A DNA stretch of 63,691 nt from Octopus bimaculoides. Taxonomy: Eukaryota. Location: assembly GCF_001194135.2 (NCBI RefSeq), contig NC_069003.1:22702451-22766141 (forward strand), read 5' to 3'. Position numbers and translations under genes: made by a program. A model generated the notes under the pieces. It was given only the letters and a program-made list of their open reading frames with translations. It searched no databases and was not told where the DNA came from. Below are positions 13,881 through 27,558 of the stretch, in pieces (within the stretch, counting starts at the first letter, position 1; each line of letters begins with the position of its first letter).

Positions 13881-14070
13881 GAAAAAATCAGAAAATACAA
13901 AAATTACACCTCTAAAAAATATAAAGAAAAGTTCAAAAAGTCCAAACTTGCCTAAAAAACACACTCCAGAAAATGTTGGTTCCGGGGCCAAACCAAAAAG
14001 TGTGACATCACTTCAACCAGATACAGATGTTCACCAGTATCTTTCCCATAGTGCCGAAGAGCTTGATAAC
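13881..14070 (+). CDS. TMCC: TMCC-family gene, N-terminal Lys/Pro/Ser-rich coding exon (phase 2 to 0)
   Basis: Pyrimidine tract ctttttctctctctttgtAG, then open frame KKSENTKITPLKNIKKSSKSPNLPKK...HSAEELDN, donor AAC|GTGAGT. The phase-0 end joins in frame to exon 15630. The peptide itself is not a recognisable conserved motif. Confidence 0.75.
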
Positions 14071-15629
14071 GTGAGTCAGTCAATGTTTTACTATATCTTC
14101 ACCACACAGTTTGTCTTACAACATTACATGAAGCAATCATCAAATTCAACTTTTATAAAATCAACTCATTTGGGATTATATTTTGTCTCCATAATACAAA
14201 AACCATTCAGTTTAAGCTGTTCATATTTAAATTAAAAACTTTCATTACGATTTTACATAAAACCTTTTGTTAGTTATCACTGTTAATTAACTGTTTTTTA
14301 TGCCAACCCACCTGGGACCATTACAATTGAATCCAAGATGCAAAGCAGCTCATTTTTAAATGTTCTACATTCAAATGAAAATCTTTCATTGTTATTTTAT
14401 GTAAGAATTTCCATGAAGGTCAACTTTGCCTTTCATCCTTTTGATGTTGATAAAATAAGTATCAGTTGAGCACTGGGGCCAATGTAACTGACTTACCCCC
14501 ACTCATGAAACTGCTGTCAAAATTTGAAACCATTATTTTATGTAAGAATCTGTTTGATAATTTGTTATGAACTCTAGCTTCAAAATGAGTTATTTTTACT
14601 AAATCTCTCCAAATTTATCATTATTATTTTTATTTTTCCCCCACCTAAATAAAGTAGAACACAGTGTGTATTTCAATAGAAATATGATCACAAAAGTGTT
14701 AAATGAAGTTTAAATTTTATAAACTTCATCCAGTGGCATTTTGTGTTCATGCATATGGATTTATGAGCAGTCAGTTTGTAGTTTATCATCATTTGCAGTA
14801 TAAAGATATCAAGCAAAAACCATGGATATAGGCATAGCTGTGTGATAAAAAATGTTTGCTTTGTAATCACCTGATTCCAGGTTCAATCCCACTCCATATT
14901 GGCTTTGACTACTGTCTTCTGTCATAGTTTCAGACCACCACAATACTCTGTGACTGAAATTAGGCAGATGGAAACTGTGAAGAAGCCCATCAGATGAGCT
15001 GTACCCTTTTTTTTTTGTTTGTTTAACACTACCACATGGCCCTTTGGTGCTTTAAACAGACTCCATTCTGTTACAAGCTTTCACACCAGGGGCCAGTGTG
15101 AGGATAATTTGATATCTTGGTGTACTGCTTCCTACAACAACAACCCATGTTTATTCCACCCAACACAAAGGTCATGTGAGCCACCTTTCCTTCCCTGGTG
15201 AAGCCATAAAAATAGGTATTTTAGAAATATATACATGAAAAATATGTGCAAGAATAGATTTCTTGTCCTTTCTATGTTATTGTATGGTAGTAAGAAACTC
15301 TCAAGAGAGCTGAACAGTAGAAGGTTTTCAGAGATGAAACCCTCTCGGGCAAGTGTTTTGGCCCTTCTTACACTTTAAGGGCTTGGGTTGCACCCAGGTC
15401 ATGACTCCTGGGACCCCTTTTGCTGACACGTTTTAGCCACTGGGATATTGGATAATTGTAAATTTAAACCACTTGGAGACGTCATTTAGTTGGAACTCCT
15501 CTCAGTTGACTCAAATTTATACTTGAAAAATTATGAGTAAGAATTGATTTCTAGTCCTTGCTATGTTATTGTATTTGTATAGTAAGAGGTAAACTTTGCT
15601 AAAATTCCTTGTCATTGTTTTGCTTATAG

Positions 15630-15945
15630 CTGGACGGAACTGGGTCTCTTGGCAAGCACCCAGTGGCCCCACTGGTGCAAGCAATTCAACAAGAAAATGG
15701 CACCCCTAATACTACAAACACAGCAGCAACCACTTGTACGCCTTCCATCACAACCACAGCTACAACATCAGCAACACTCAGCTCTGGAATCAGTGGTGGT
15801 AGTGGATCTGGAGAGGCATCAGTGGATGATTTTGATGGATCACACACCCCTGACCCAAATCGTACCAAGGCTGCTAAAGATCACCTACAAGCTAAAATCC
15901 ATAAGATAATGGTGCAGATAAAAAGTGAACAGGACTCAAAGGAAG
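15630..15945 (+). CDS. TMCC: TMCC-family gene, coding exon (phase 0 to 1) with Thr/Ser-rich linker and start of the conserved coiled coil
   Basis: Acceptor ttgttttgcttatAG, donor GAAG|GTAAGA. The translation ends TPDPNRTKAAKDHLQAKIHKIMVQIKSEQDSKE, matching the recalled TMCC1/2 motif [25 protein letters not shown]. Confidence 0.9.
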
Positions 15946-16439
15946 GTAAGAACATTCCTTGATACAATTATCAGTGTCTCTCAGTCTTGTGTATGTTTTT
16001 CTGAGCAATCACATAGTGATAAGCATGGCTGTGTGGTTGAGAAGCTTGCTTCCTGGCCATATGGTTTTGTGTTCAATCCCACTGTGTGGTACATTGTGCA
16101 AGTGTCTTTATGATAGTTCTGGGCTGACCAAAGCATTGTTAGTTTATTTGGTGTATATATATGTACGTGTATACACACACATGTATGTATGTATGTACAT
16201 GTGTGTCTTTGTTTCTGTTTACCCTTATCTTGGCATCACATGATGGTTGTAAATGATCATCATTGTCAAACAAGGAATGCTGGTCTTTTGCTAGAAATGT
16301 GCCTGGCCGTGGGAGAAATATTACCTTGCTTGGAAACAGGTGAGATTTAGTGACAAGACGAGCAACTAGCTGTAGAAAGTCTGCCTCAGCAAATTCGGTC
16401 TGACCCATGCAAGTATGGTAAAGTAGGTGTTTGACGATA

Positions 16440-16772
16440 GAGCTTTGTTTCTCAACCACATTGTTCTGAGTTCAGTCCCACTGTGTGGTACCATGGGTAG
16501 AAGTCTCCTACTATACCCTTGGGCTGATTAAAGCCTTGTGAGTGGATTTGGTAGATGAAAACTGAAAGTATTTTCTCTCTCCCTATATATATGTGTGTGT
16601 CTGTGTTTGTCCTCATCCCACTACTTGACAACTGGTGTTGGTGTAATTGTGTCCCTATGACTTAGTGGTTTGGCAAAAGAAAATGATAAAATATGTAACA
16701 AACTTTAAAAAAAAAAACATACTGGGGTCAATTCATTCGGCTAAAATTCTTCAAGGTGGTGCCCCAGCATGA
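16440..16772 (+). mobile_element. SINE family B copy (partial copies also at ~14830-14990 and ~16022-16140)
   Basis: Aligns by eye to family B. Confidence 0.75.
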
Positions 16773-17729
16773 GTTATTCAAAAGCATTCCATTCATGACC
16801 ATCCCACCTTATTAGGAGTATGTTGGACTACATTATCCATTGTTCTCAATTTTGAGATGTTTGAAAAAACTGAAAACGCCATGCATTATAAATGAAATGT
16901 TTTGGGAGATTTGTTCTGTATCTAGTTACACTCTTGTCACTTATCACCTAAAATGCAGTGAACAACTTATTTATCCATTGAAAACCTGTAGCTAACAATG
17001 CTATTTTTCACCAATAAATTAATAAATGATAAGTACAAGGTTTATGATAAACTATTCCCTGATTCCAAAATAAGTACAGGGGAAGGAATTGTGATGAACA
17101 GCTGTTCTCCCTATCTCCTATATTTGTGGCCTTATGCGTGGGTCAGCATGATCTACTGTGCTCCCCACTCCACTGAATATCTTACTTGTTACTTAATTTT
17201 TATTTATAACATATATTTCAAAATCTATGTTCTGAGTTCAAATTCCACTAAAGTACCATTCTAATATTGGGGTTAGTGTAATTGATTGTTCCCCTTTCCT
17301 CAAAATTATGTGCCTGAATTAAAAGCAATTTTTTTTTTTTATTATTGTTGTCATTGTTGTTTTTGTATAGGCCCTCCAAACCACTTTGTTACTTTTGTTT
17401 GTTTTATCTGTTTGAAAAATCTACATTTACAAAATATTTGTTTTGTTTTGTTGCCAGACTTATCAGGACCTTAAGAAATTAGCCAGAACCATTTTGTTTT
17501 TGGTTTCTGGGGTAAAGTTTGTTTATTTTACCCCTCAAATTTAAGTATTCTTTTTAAAACAGAAAAATATAGTATTGCGAAAGAAGGGGATGGCTGTCTT
17601 TTGGAACATTCACTATGAAAAGGATTTCCTGCCACTTCCTCTTGCTACTCCAATTATAAACCCACCCAACTTGTAACCATAATAGCAGCAGCAACTACAG
17701 TATATCACACAAAGAAAAGCAACAACATA

Positions 17730-17778
<49 letters not shown>

Positions 17779-18386
17779 CAACAAACTGACAAACACTCTC
17801 ACCATCACAGCAAACAGACCTAGCAGCATTGACACCACCACCCTCACCACCATTAGGTCAATGTAAAGTTCAACAATCATAGTAGCGTTGTTTCTACCAA
17901 CATCACTACCACCACTTTCATTATGGCAGCAGACAATCACCAACTCAGAAACAGTCTGTTTTAACAAAGCTGTCACTACTACAACTGCCATTTCCACTGC
18001 AGCCATCATCAGATCAGTCACTGCCAAAGGCAGTAACAGCATGAATTCCACAGACAGCAATAAGTATAACAGATAGTTGAACTAATAGGATCTTTTACTG
18101 ATGCAGCTCAGATCAAAATAAGACTTGAGCTGCTGAGAGAAATGATTAAAGAAGGATAATGCTTCTTCAAAATGAGTAAAAGAAGAGTAAACCTAGTACT
18201 GGCCAGTCATATTATTGACCAACCTAATCGGTGCATAGTGACTTACCATTGCATCAACATTAACCGTTTAGCATTTAAACTGGCCATATTTGGCCTAAAT
18301 ATTCTGCTTGTTTTATGTTCAAACTGGTCAGATCTGACCCCTTACACCTTACCCACAATGTCATTATCAAAATAAACATTCATAGT

Positions 18387-18547
18387 GGCGCAGGCATGAC
18401 TGTGTGGTAAGAAGCTTGCTTTCCAATCACATGGTTCCGGGTTCAGTCCCAGAGTGTGGCACTTTGGCCAAGTGTCTTCTACTATAGCCTTGGGCCAACC
18501 AAAGCCTTGTGAGTGGATTTGGTAGACAGAAACTGAAAGAAGCCTGT

Positions 18548-18578
<31 letters not shown>

Positions 18579-18768
18579 GTCTGTGTTTGTTCCCTCCCTC
18601 CATCACTGCTTGACAGCTGATGTTGGTGTGTCTATGTTCCCATAAAGAGACTGATAGAATAAGTACAAGGCTTTTAAAAAAAGTCCTGCAGTTGATTTGT
18701 TCGACTAAAACCCTTTGAGGTGGTGTTCCAGTATGGCTGCAGTCAAATGACTGAAATAAGTAGAAGAA
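18387..18768 (+). mobile_element. SINE family B copy
   Basis: Full head ggcgcaggcatgactgtgtggtaagaagc and family B tail. Confidence 0.85.
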
Positions 18769-18929
18769 TAAAAGAACACAATACAAAAAATTTAAAACAA
18801 GTGATAACAGATTTGGGTCTGAGTTCAAAGCAAGGAAACATTCCCCAATTAAAAATGAAGAATTCATTTTCATCCTGTCATATATGGACAAATGAATTGT
18901 GAAGATGGTGGATGGGCCATTATAATTAA

Positions 18930-20700
18930 ATATCTTGTGGTGAGTGGTGGCTGCCTTACCTGATAATGAACATGAAGCAATTTTGGAGGTTCACCATATC
19001 CACCAAGAAAACTGGCTAGGGCATAAACTAAGAGAAGCTCAAAGCCATCCCCAACCTAATAAAACTGCCAAATTGTTTTGACTTCTCTTGTTAAACTGTT
19101 TTGAATTTGTCCATTCATTTACTAATTTTGTTCATTGTTTGTTTATCTGCATTGGTTGCTATTTTTCATTTTTTGTAAAAATGTCTATCGTTTAGTTGTT
19201 TTAAGACTATTTCACTGTAATGGGTTTTGTCCATTATTACAATGGCTCCCCTTTCTTTAACGATTATAGAAGAATATTTCAGTTGACAATCTATTTTTTT
19301 TTTTTTTGCTCTTCATTTGAAAATGGTTGACTTTGATTTTATATAATTTGCTGGAATAATTTGAGCTTGCTGATCTTTTCAGACATGTTATGTGTTCCTA
19401 TGTGTTTATTCCTGTTCATCTGACATTTAAATCCTGTTTCTGTGATTGATAGATCTTCTTAAGCCTTCTTTTGGAAGTTGGTGTGAATTTAAGTCACATT
19501 CTTTTTCATCAGGTTTCATTGAGATAAATTTATCACTATTGGATCAATATTTCTTTGTATTGTTTGTGTTTTCTTTTGTTATTTTTTGGAATACCTGCTC
19601 CCTACAAAAAATTCTCTTTTTGTGAGTAATTTGTACCCTATCTTTTTTTTTGTTTTTTTTTGGGGGGGGGGGAGAAGGGTTTCCAATTGTTGATGTATCT
19701 GGTATTCTCATTATACCATCTTCCTTGGTATGTTGCCTTGTTTTTTAGTAGATTTATACCATTTTCCTTGGTCTGACAGCTTATTTTGGTCTGTTCTTCC
19801 TTTGTTATTATTTGTAAGTATTTCATCTTAGTCAAGTTCATTTTTGCATGTATTATCAAATGCCTGTTCATTTTCTTCTTACTATTGCATATGAGGGTTA
19901 TGGGTTGTCACCCTTTGATTCTTTCTTTATATGACTTGTAAATTATTACAGAAGGAGTTTCGGTTTCTTCCATTGTTATCAAGTTGTGTATTTCTAAGAT
20001 TTTGTTTCATGTTTTATTTTTAGTTCTCACTAATTCTCTTCCATTATTGGCTTCATATTCCTGTAACTACAGATTTTTTGATTCTAGTATTTCATTTGAT
20101 TTTGTTTCTTCCCTTTGCACATCAATTTTCCACAAATCTAATAGTTTTCTCGTAGCTTTCCATTTGTTTATTTGGTGTTTCTCTCTGCATTGTGGCATCA
20201 CGTTTTTTTAATTTGTGTACTGGAAACTGTTGTACAGTTATTTGTGCTTCAAATTTTTGAAGTGTGAGGTTTGTTCTGTGTTCAGTTTCCTCATTTAATT
20301 CTGATCTTATATCCCTGACACACAATTTACACGAACAAATAACTTTCTCACAGTTTTCCCATTTTTCATTTATATCTGCTAGACTTTTATTTCTAAGTTC
20401 CTTCTTGTAATTTGCTTTCTTTGATTTAGTAATCTATTCCACATCTTCATCTGGTTCCTCTTTTGTATACTCTCTTCTCCTAATGAATTTCATTCCATTC
20501 ATCTAATACATACTCTGCTTTGGAGTGTTTTGCTGTTACTGATATCATAGTAGTTGTATTCAGAGTTTCTATAATGTTTGCAGTGCGTTGTATTGTCAAT
20601 AAAGTCTCTACTTTTGTCCTGTAAATATGGGTTTGTCCTATATTTCAAAAAGCTAATGTGCATTATATTTGTTGAAACTCTAGATCTTATTTGATATTTC
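18930..20700 (-). mobile_element. Possible ancient LINE 5' region (ORF1-like plus APE endonuclease remnant)
   Basis: A-rich minus strand with broken ORFs. HIGTHNMS and GSHHSP sit about where APE start and SDH motifs are expected. Weak. Confidence 0.3.
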
Positions 20701-21042
20701 ATTGATATTTCATCATTAGTTTAGCATCACCTTTACCATGCTTGCATGTGTCAGATGGAATTCATTGAGGCAGATTTTTAGTGATGAGATGCCCTTCCTT
20801 TCACCATCCCACAACCATTTCCAAACAAGGTAATATTTTCCCATGGCTGAGCATGTTTTCATGGAAAACTGAAAAGAATCACACAAGGCTCTGGTTGATT
20901 TTGGGCTATAGAAGACACATACCCTGAGGTGCCACACAATGAGACTGGACCAGAAGCCATATCACTGGAAAGCAAATTTCTTAACCTTGCAACCATGCTT
21001 ACACGCATTCATACATGTGTGCATGTACACACACACACATAA

Positions 21043-21268
21043 GGCAGCGAGCTGGCAGAAACGTTAGCACGCTGGGTGAAATGCTTAGTGGTATTTCGTC
21101 TGCCGCTACGTTCTGAGTTCAAATTCCGCCGAGGTCGACTTTGCCTCTCATCCTTTCGGGGTCGATTAAATAAGTACCAGTTACGCACTGGAGTCGATAT
21201 AATCGACTTAATCCGTTTGTCTGTCCTTGTTTGTCCCCTCTGTGTGTAGCCCCTTGTGGGTAGTAAAG

Positions 21269-21272
<4 letters not shown>
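21043..21272 (+). mobile_element. tRNA-derived SINE family D, well preserved
   Basis: gctggcagaaacgttagc...gagttcaaattcc...catcctttcggggtcgat. Older copies at ~32745, ~40880 (-) and ~52320 (-). Confidence 0.85.
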
Positions 21273-21333
<61 letters not shown>

Positions 21334-22439
21334 TATGTGCAGGGCATGTGTGAAATTCAGACAATCTCATCAGTCAGTACTCATGTGAACCCTGGCTAAT
21401 GAGACTGTACGAAAGTGAAAGCAATTCATTAAGACTAAGTAATCTGCATAAATGGAAAATCCAAATTTACATAAACCACAGAACGTACCATGAAATGAAT
21501 AAAATAATGAAGTTATTAGTATTGCATTTATTACTCAGTTACACTTGTTTTTGTACCAAATGGGTTAGATAAATGATCTAGTGTGCTGGAATCAATATAA
21601 ACAATGATTGTGTAATTTCATGTGATATTAAAAGTAACCAGGTTCTGCCATTTTATATCATGACCTTATGAAAGATGCAGTACTCTTGCATCAGGACGAA
21701 TACTCTTATAAAAACAGAGTGTCATAGCAAGCAATTAATCATTTTGACATGCTTATAGAAATGTACAGAGTAAATTGTTCAAAGGACAAACAACTTTGTA
21801 TGCTATTTGATATATCAGTTGTGGCACCAGGCCTAATAACGAAGGAGAGAAAAAGTATATATGATGCAGAGGGCTGCCCAAGCAAAGAGGATGGTAAACA
21901 CAATGGCATCCGCAAAGTCATTAGTTACATGGGATGGGTATGTCAAGATTAACATCAAACGAGCTAAGTTGATTAGGAAACAAGACTTAGGAAATAGGAA
22001 GAAAGAAGGGAGATAGAAGGAAGTTCAAGAGGATCATGGAGGATAGGAAAATATAAGTAACAATATAAAATTGATGGGGATGATTAAGTTCGCATAAAAT
22101 AGAGTAGAGCTGCAAATCAAATTGTAGTTCAAATATCATAATGTGATAATATAAAATAATATATGAAAATAAAAATTTTAGTGATTAAAAATGTTATTAC
22201 ATTAAAAGGAACCAGTAAATGGTTAAAATAGGGAAACAAAAAATTGCAGTGGAAAATTATAAGATAGTTAGGAATGAGATAATAAATGAATAGAATTCCA
22301 GTGAGTAGTTAAGACCATTATAAAGAATAAAATGATTATAGGACAATAATTATGGAAAGAAATCAGAGAAGAATGATTGTATCAGTGAGAAATGAAGTAC
22401 AATCAAAATGCTCATGTAATTTTGTAATATCATTTTACA

Positions 22440-23850
22440 AGAGAGGTAAATGAAATCCTCAAAAAGTTTTTAATAATATGATGTAGGCAACAGATTAACA
22501 ACTCATGCTTGTTAATTAATCCAGATTTATATCTTAGAATTTCAAGTTTCTCTTTGCAACATAAATTGCAACTGCTCCCACCTCTTTTTATATGGAAGTG
22601 TTGTCTGTATAATTGATCACAAAATAGAATAATCAATATTTCTGTCCTTCAAGCCCCAAACAATTTTTGCTAATGAAGTTTCATGCAATTTGTGCCTGTT
22701 ATTAAAATAATGCACATTGTTACTCCAGCTTAACTTAAATTTTGATGCCATGGTATCATATAGCTGTAAACCTTATTGAGTATATAGAACTATTGTCAGA
22801 AAGAAGCACAGAATCAATAGTAATGTTCATGCTAAATTGTGTTACATTATTAATAGAGGAGCTAGAGACAAGCAAACTGCTTATATAACTAGAATGAGTT
22901 ATATAATTTCTAGAAGTGCTTAATTTATTAACAGCAGCTGTATACTATTAGCTGAAATAGGTATGGTGGAATATGAAGATTTGATAGTCTGCCTATTGAA
23001 TAACTTAAAATGTCTACTGGAAGGAGAAAAATGCTTCTCCAATACCGAGAAAAATACTGTAAGGATGTCCATGGCCACCTGAGATACAAAAAGGTGGTTT
23101 AACCACAAAATATTCAACCTCATTGTGAGTAAGCAAATGAAATTTAGAATTAGTGTTTCCATTACCAGTAAATGATATACTGTGATTATAATTATTACCT
23201 GATTTAGTGTTTGTAGGTTTAACCCTATTTTCTTAGATGTAAGGTAGTCACAAGAACAAGGATTTAGACACCAGCTGCAGAGAAAGATTTTATAAGAATT
23301 TGGATCATTAGTACTCTTAACAATAGAAATGCCTCTTAATATTACTGCTACTGTTCTTCTCACAATGGGTTTTCATACAGAATTCTGCAATATACTTAAC
23401 CCTGTATTTTATAGTAGTTCAATCATATTGAATTTTTTTATTGTTATTATTATGAATTCTAGTATTAACATGTCTACACCCAGAGAGAAACAGCTGACCA
23501 TCCTAAGGTGGAATACCACCTATATTGTTGGAAATATACATGAGTTTATTGGTATACCTTTAGTTAGAGCTATGTTGAAGTAATTGGCGTTATCTGAAAA
23601 AAATTTCTAAGTTGGCAGATAGTGTAGATATTCTACACAAGACATGCTTAATTATAAACTTGGTTGCCATTCAAGGATGATTAGAACCGTAATTAATGTG
23701 ATGTAAGTTTTCATTAATTTACTTGTAAGTGTATTGCATCTTTTTGTAAGGTCATGATGAAATGGCATAACCCAGTTTACATTTTATATTACATAATATT
23801 ATATAACCATTGTTTATATTGATTCCAGCAGGATAAATGATTTATCTAAT
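22440..23850 (-). mobile_element. Second Penelope-like fossil (thumb, linker, C-terminal endonuclease), Naiad-like
   Basis: Fragments HINYGSNHP...RISTLSANLEIF, NILWLNHLF...EKHFSPSSRHFKLFNRQTIKSSYST and SCNLCCKEKLEIL...LINKHELLICCLH match the same PLE motifs. Confidence 0.75.
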
Positions 23851-24365
23851 CCATCTGGTATTGAACCAATTGTAACCAAGTAATAAAGGTGAAACCAATA
23901 TCTCCATTCTTTTATTTTATATATATACATTATACATGCAATGGAATTGTTTCAGTAACCAAACTGCAGGGGTATAATGAAACTTTTTAAGCTTCTTTAT
24001 AGACAATACTATGAAGAAATAAGTGAAAGTGAATACAACACTTTTTGTGTTCTTAAACATCTAAATTATTAAGTAGTTTTAAGTTTAACAATTAAAAGCA
24101 TAGAATCATTAATTGGAAAAAAGCCCTGACTTGTTGCTAAATTAAACATTTATTTTTTCAGTAACATGACATCACTTCTTTCAAATAGTAATAATCATGT
24201 AACTACAATACTATTTAATAATTCTCATTGAAAGTTGAGTTTAGGAGACAATTTGGAAAATTATCATGCAGGTGAATTCCATCATTAATTTTCCAGTTAG
24301 TTTATGTATGAATGATGTCATCATCTGAAAAACATTCAAAATTTAATTGCTGTTTATATATATAT

Positions 24366-24410
<45 letters not shown>

Positions 24411-24559
24411 CCTCAATACTTCTTCCTTTCTTATAAGTATTGCATTATCTCTTGGATTTTGTAATATCAAAACCTATTATAAAAATCATATTCCACTGTT
24501 TGGAAAGCCTATCATGGTAAAACTTAAAAAGTAATTGTTATCTACATTATATATATACA

Positions 24560-26240
24560 ACTTTAAATCCTCCAAATAAATCCCAGATAAAGGACCTTGA
24601 GTGCTTTGAAGTTGATGTAATGAACATTGTAGAGAAAGTGTAGTCTCTATGTCATTCTAATCCATTCCTTAACTCTTTAAACAATTTCATGGTAAAGATG
24701 AAGTAATTGACTAATGTACACATCCTTGTAGACAAAACAAAGAACTGTGCAAAACTTCTCACAAATACTATCACCAAAACCAACATCTCTGCCCATAATG
24801 ATACAAACACTGAAGTGAAAGAGCTAGCCATCCTCCTAAGCATGGAGGATCACATTGACTACATTGCCATGCAACCCCTTCATGCCACACTTAAGAATCA
24901 TAAACCCAACTTCTTTTCCAAATTCAAATATAGGCTGATCAACTCCTCTAAGAACAAAATAGGCATTGCTAGCAAGCATATTCTTGATACTATCAACTCC
25001 AATGTTAGAAAGGTTATGGAGTTGAGCCAGTGGTATTCCAGCATCACAGTAATTGACTGGTTCTGTGCCCTTGAGAATAAAGCAGCCTTCAGGTTCACTC
25101 ATTTTGACATTGTGGATTTCTACTCTGCAATATCAATATCACTCCTCCTGAAGGTTTTAGAGCTTGGCAAGCAGCTCAGCAATATCAGTGACCTCATTCT
25201 GAATGCCAGAAAGTGGTTTATGATGATTCCTACTGGGTGACAAGGTCACTAACCTAGTCAAGTTGTGTTGGAAGTGTCCCCCACCACCATGGTTTGGCAA
25301 TCTCAAGCCATATGGACAGCCATGCCATAGACAAATTCAGGAAGAATTTGGCCTGTCTATAACAGTCACCACCAAATTGACTAAGGTTGACTTCCTGGGC
25401 ATAACCCTTGACCTGAAGACCAGTAAGTAAACTGTGTATATCTATAGAAACTCGAGGATCTCTAAACTTTCAGTGGACAGAGAGATCTTTAACAGGGCCA
25501 CACCCCCATTACAACAAGGCATTAACGAGGAGTGGATTCACCGAGAAATTAATCTATGTATGGAAGATCTCCACCCCTGTGCCCAAAGAGGACCAGAAAG
25601 TGAAAAATAATCTTGCTCAACCACCCCTGCCCTCATTTAGCCTAGAGGTTTCTCCCAAAATAGCTAGGAGCTTCCTGTTGCTGATCAAGAAGCATTTCCC
25701 TAGAGGCCATAAGTATTATAGGTTCTTCAACCCTCACACCATTAAGATTAGTTACTCCTGCTTAGACAACATTTCTTCTAACATTGTACACTACAAGAGA
25801 TGCAAACTTACATCCACACGCCCCCCTCCCTCAATACACCCCGACCTATAACTGCTGAAATCCTACCAACTGCTCTTTGAGAGAAGCCTGCCTCTCAAGG
25901 GCTGTGGCTATAAAGCTACCTTCATACCATCTGATGACATCACATGAAACTACATGGGCATGAGAGCCAATGGTTTCAAGGGAAGGTATACACTGCATAT
26001 GCACTCCTTTAGATGCAAGGATAGGGAAAACATGACCAATAGAATGATTCCTTTAACATTGAGTGGAGTATCATTGACGGGGCTCTACTTTATTTGCCTG
26101 GAGCTCACAATTGTGAATTCTGCATCTGAAAAAGACTACATATTCTCTACCAGCCTGCAGTATCCATCAGCAGGAAGAATGAACTATCGTATTGTTGCCA
26201 CCAGAGGCACACCCTGCTAGTGAACTTCAAGCTACCAACC
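24560..26240 (+). mobile_element. Penelope-like retroelement fossil (RT plus GIY-YIG endonuclease), Naiad-like
   Basis: RT motifs LKNHKPNF..YRLINSSKNKIG.ASKHILD and FDIVDFYSAIS, linker KHFPRGHKYYRFFNPHTIKISYSC, Cys motif YNC*NPTNCSLREACL, YMGM.ANGFKGRY..H..SF. Many stops and frameshifts. Confidence 0.85.
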
Positions 26241-26360
26241 TCCAATAACCCAGGTATACTACCCTAGGCCTGGCTACCCCATGCACAAAGGCAAGGTACT
26301 TTACACCCCACCACCACCAATACAGACCACAAACTCATCCATGTAGACAGTCCAGTTTCT

Positions 26361-26438
<78 letters not shown>

Positions 26439-26901
26439 TGTGTGTGTATATCTCATGTCAGAAGTAGATACACACACACACATACATACATCAATGGGCA
26501 CTTGCTTGTAAACTGTTCCTCTTTCCCAAGACAGTGTGTTGCCACCAACATCCTGTCCTAGCATGCCCTCCTAGGAATCCTGAAAGGTAACTGATGTGGC
26601 TACCAAATTTATAACACCATGTGACTGGCACTGACCAACAGCAGCCCAATACCCAGGAGTCCTCTTGGACTCCTCTCCATTCAGTTCTACATGCCTGATG
26701 AGTTAAGTTCATTTTATAAGCTTACAAATTTTTATGTTGCTTGGAATCAAATCAAACTGTTATTAGATATGTAACTCTTACCTGATGTGGAGAATGCTAC
26801 TTTTTTCATTTGTACACTCACATTCACAACACATACACATGTGCATATGTATGTATGTATATATACATATATCTATATGTCAGTCTGTCTGTCTGTCTCT
26901 T

Positions 26902-26932
<31 letters not shown>

Positions 26933-27473
26933 NNNNNNNNNNNNNNNNNNNNNNNNNNNNNNNNNNNNNNNNNNNNNNNNNNNNNNNNNNNNNNNNNNNN
27001 NNNNNNNNNNNNNNNNNNNNNNNNNNNNNNNNNNNNNNNNNNNNNNNNNNNNNNNNNNNNNNNNNNNNNNNNNNNNNNNNNNNNNNNNNNNNNNNNNNNN
27101 NNNNNNNNNNNNNNNNNNNNNNNNNNNNNNNNNNNNNNNNNNNNNNNNNNNNNNNNNNNNNNNNNNNNNNNNNNNNNNNNNNNNNNNNNNNNNNNNNNNN
27201 NNNNNNNNNNNNNNNNNNNNNNNNNNNNNNNNNNNNNNNNNNNNNNNNNNNNNNNNNNNNNNNNNNNNNNNNNNNNNNNNNNNNNNNNNNNNNNNNNNNN
27301 NNNNNNNNNNNNNNNNNNNNNNNNNNNNNNNNNNNNNNNNNNNNNNNNNNNNNNNNNNNNNNNNNNNNNNNNNNNNNNNNNNNNNNNNNNNNNNNNNNNN
27401 NNNNNNNNNNNNNNNNNNNNNNNNNNNNNNNNNNNNNNNNNNNNNNNNNNNNNNNNNNNNNNNNNNNNNNNNN
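26933..27473. other. Assembly gap (541 N) overlapping a TMCC exon
   Basis: N run, with coding sequence resuming immediately after it. Confidence 0.98.
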
Positions 27474-27545
27474 TGTTGAAACGTATGGGGTTTCGAGTCA
27501 CAAACAAGCTAAAGAAGTCTTGCGGGATATGGGACAAGGTTTAAA
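27474..27545 (+). CDS. TMCC: TMCC-family gene, visible 3' part of an exon whose 5' part lies in the N-gap (ends phase 2)
   Basis: VETYGVSSHKQAKEVLRDMGQGLK resembles TMCC VEQNG..RQPKDVLRDMHQGLK. Donor AA|GTAAGT at 27546. Confidence 0.9.
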
Positions 27546-27558
27546 GTAAGTTTAATCT

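Noticed and set aside
17790-18076. Thr/Ser-rich reading frame resembling a mucin-like exon
   Set aside because: Internal stop, no convincing splice sites, and it adjoins a (CA)n tract. Best read as cryptic ACC/ACA simple sequence.
21600-22000. Possible CR1 thumb remnant on the minus strand (YKSIRP..EYCI)
   Set aside because: A single short motif that needs frameshifts. Too degraded to support.
25846-25900. In-frame TGA inside the PLE Cys motif (YNC*NPTNC) as a possible selenocysteine codon
   Set aside because: The TGA falls after the second Cys, at the position that is usually Arg. CGA to TGA decay explains it, and the copy has many other stops.
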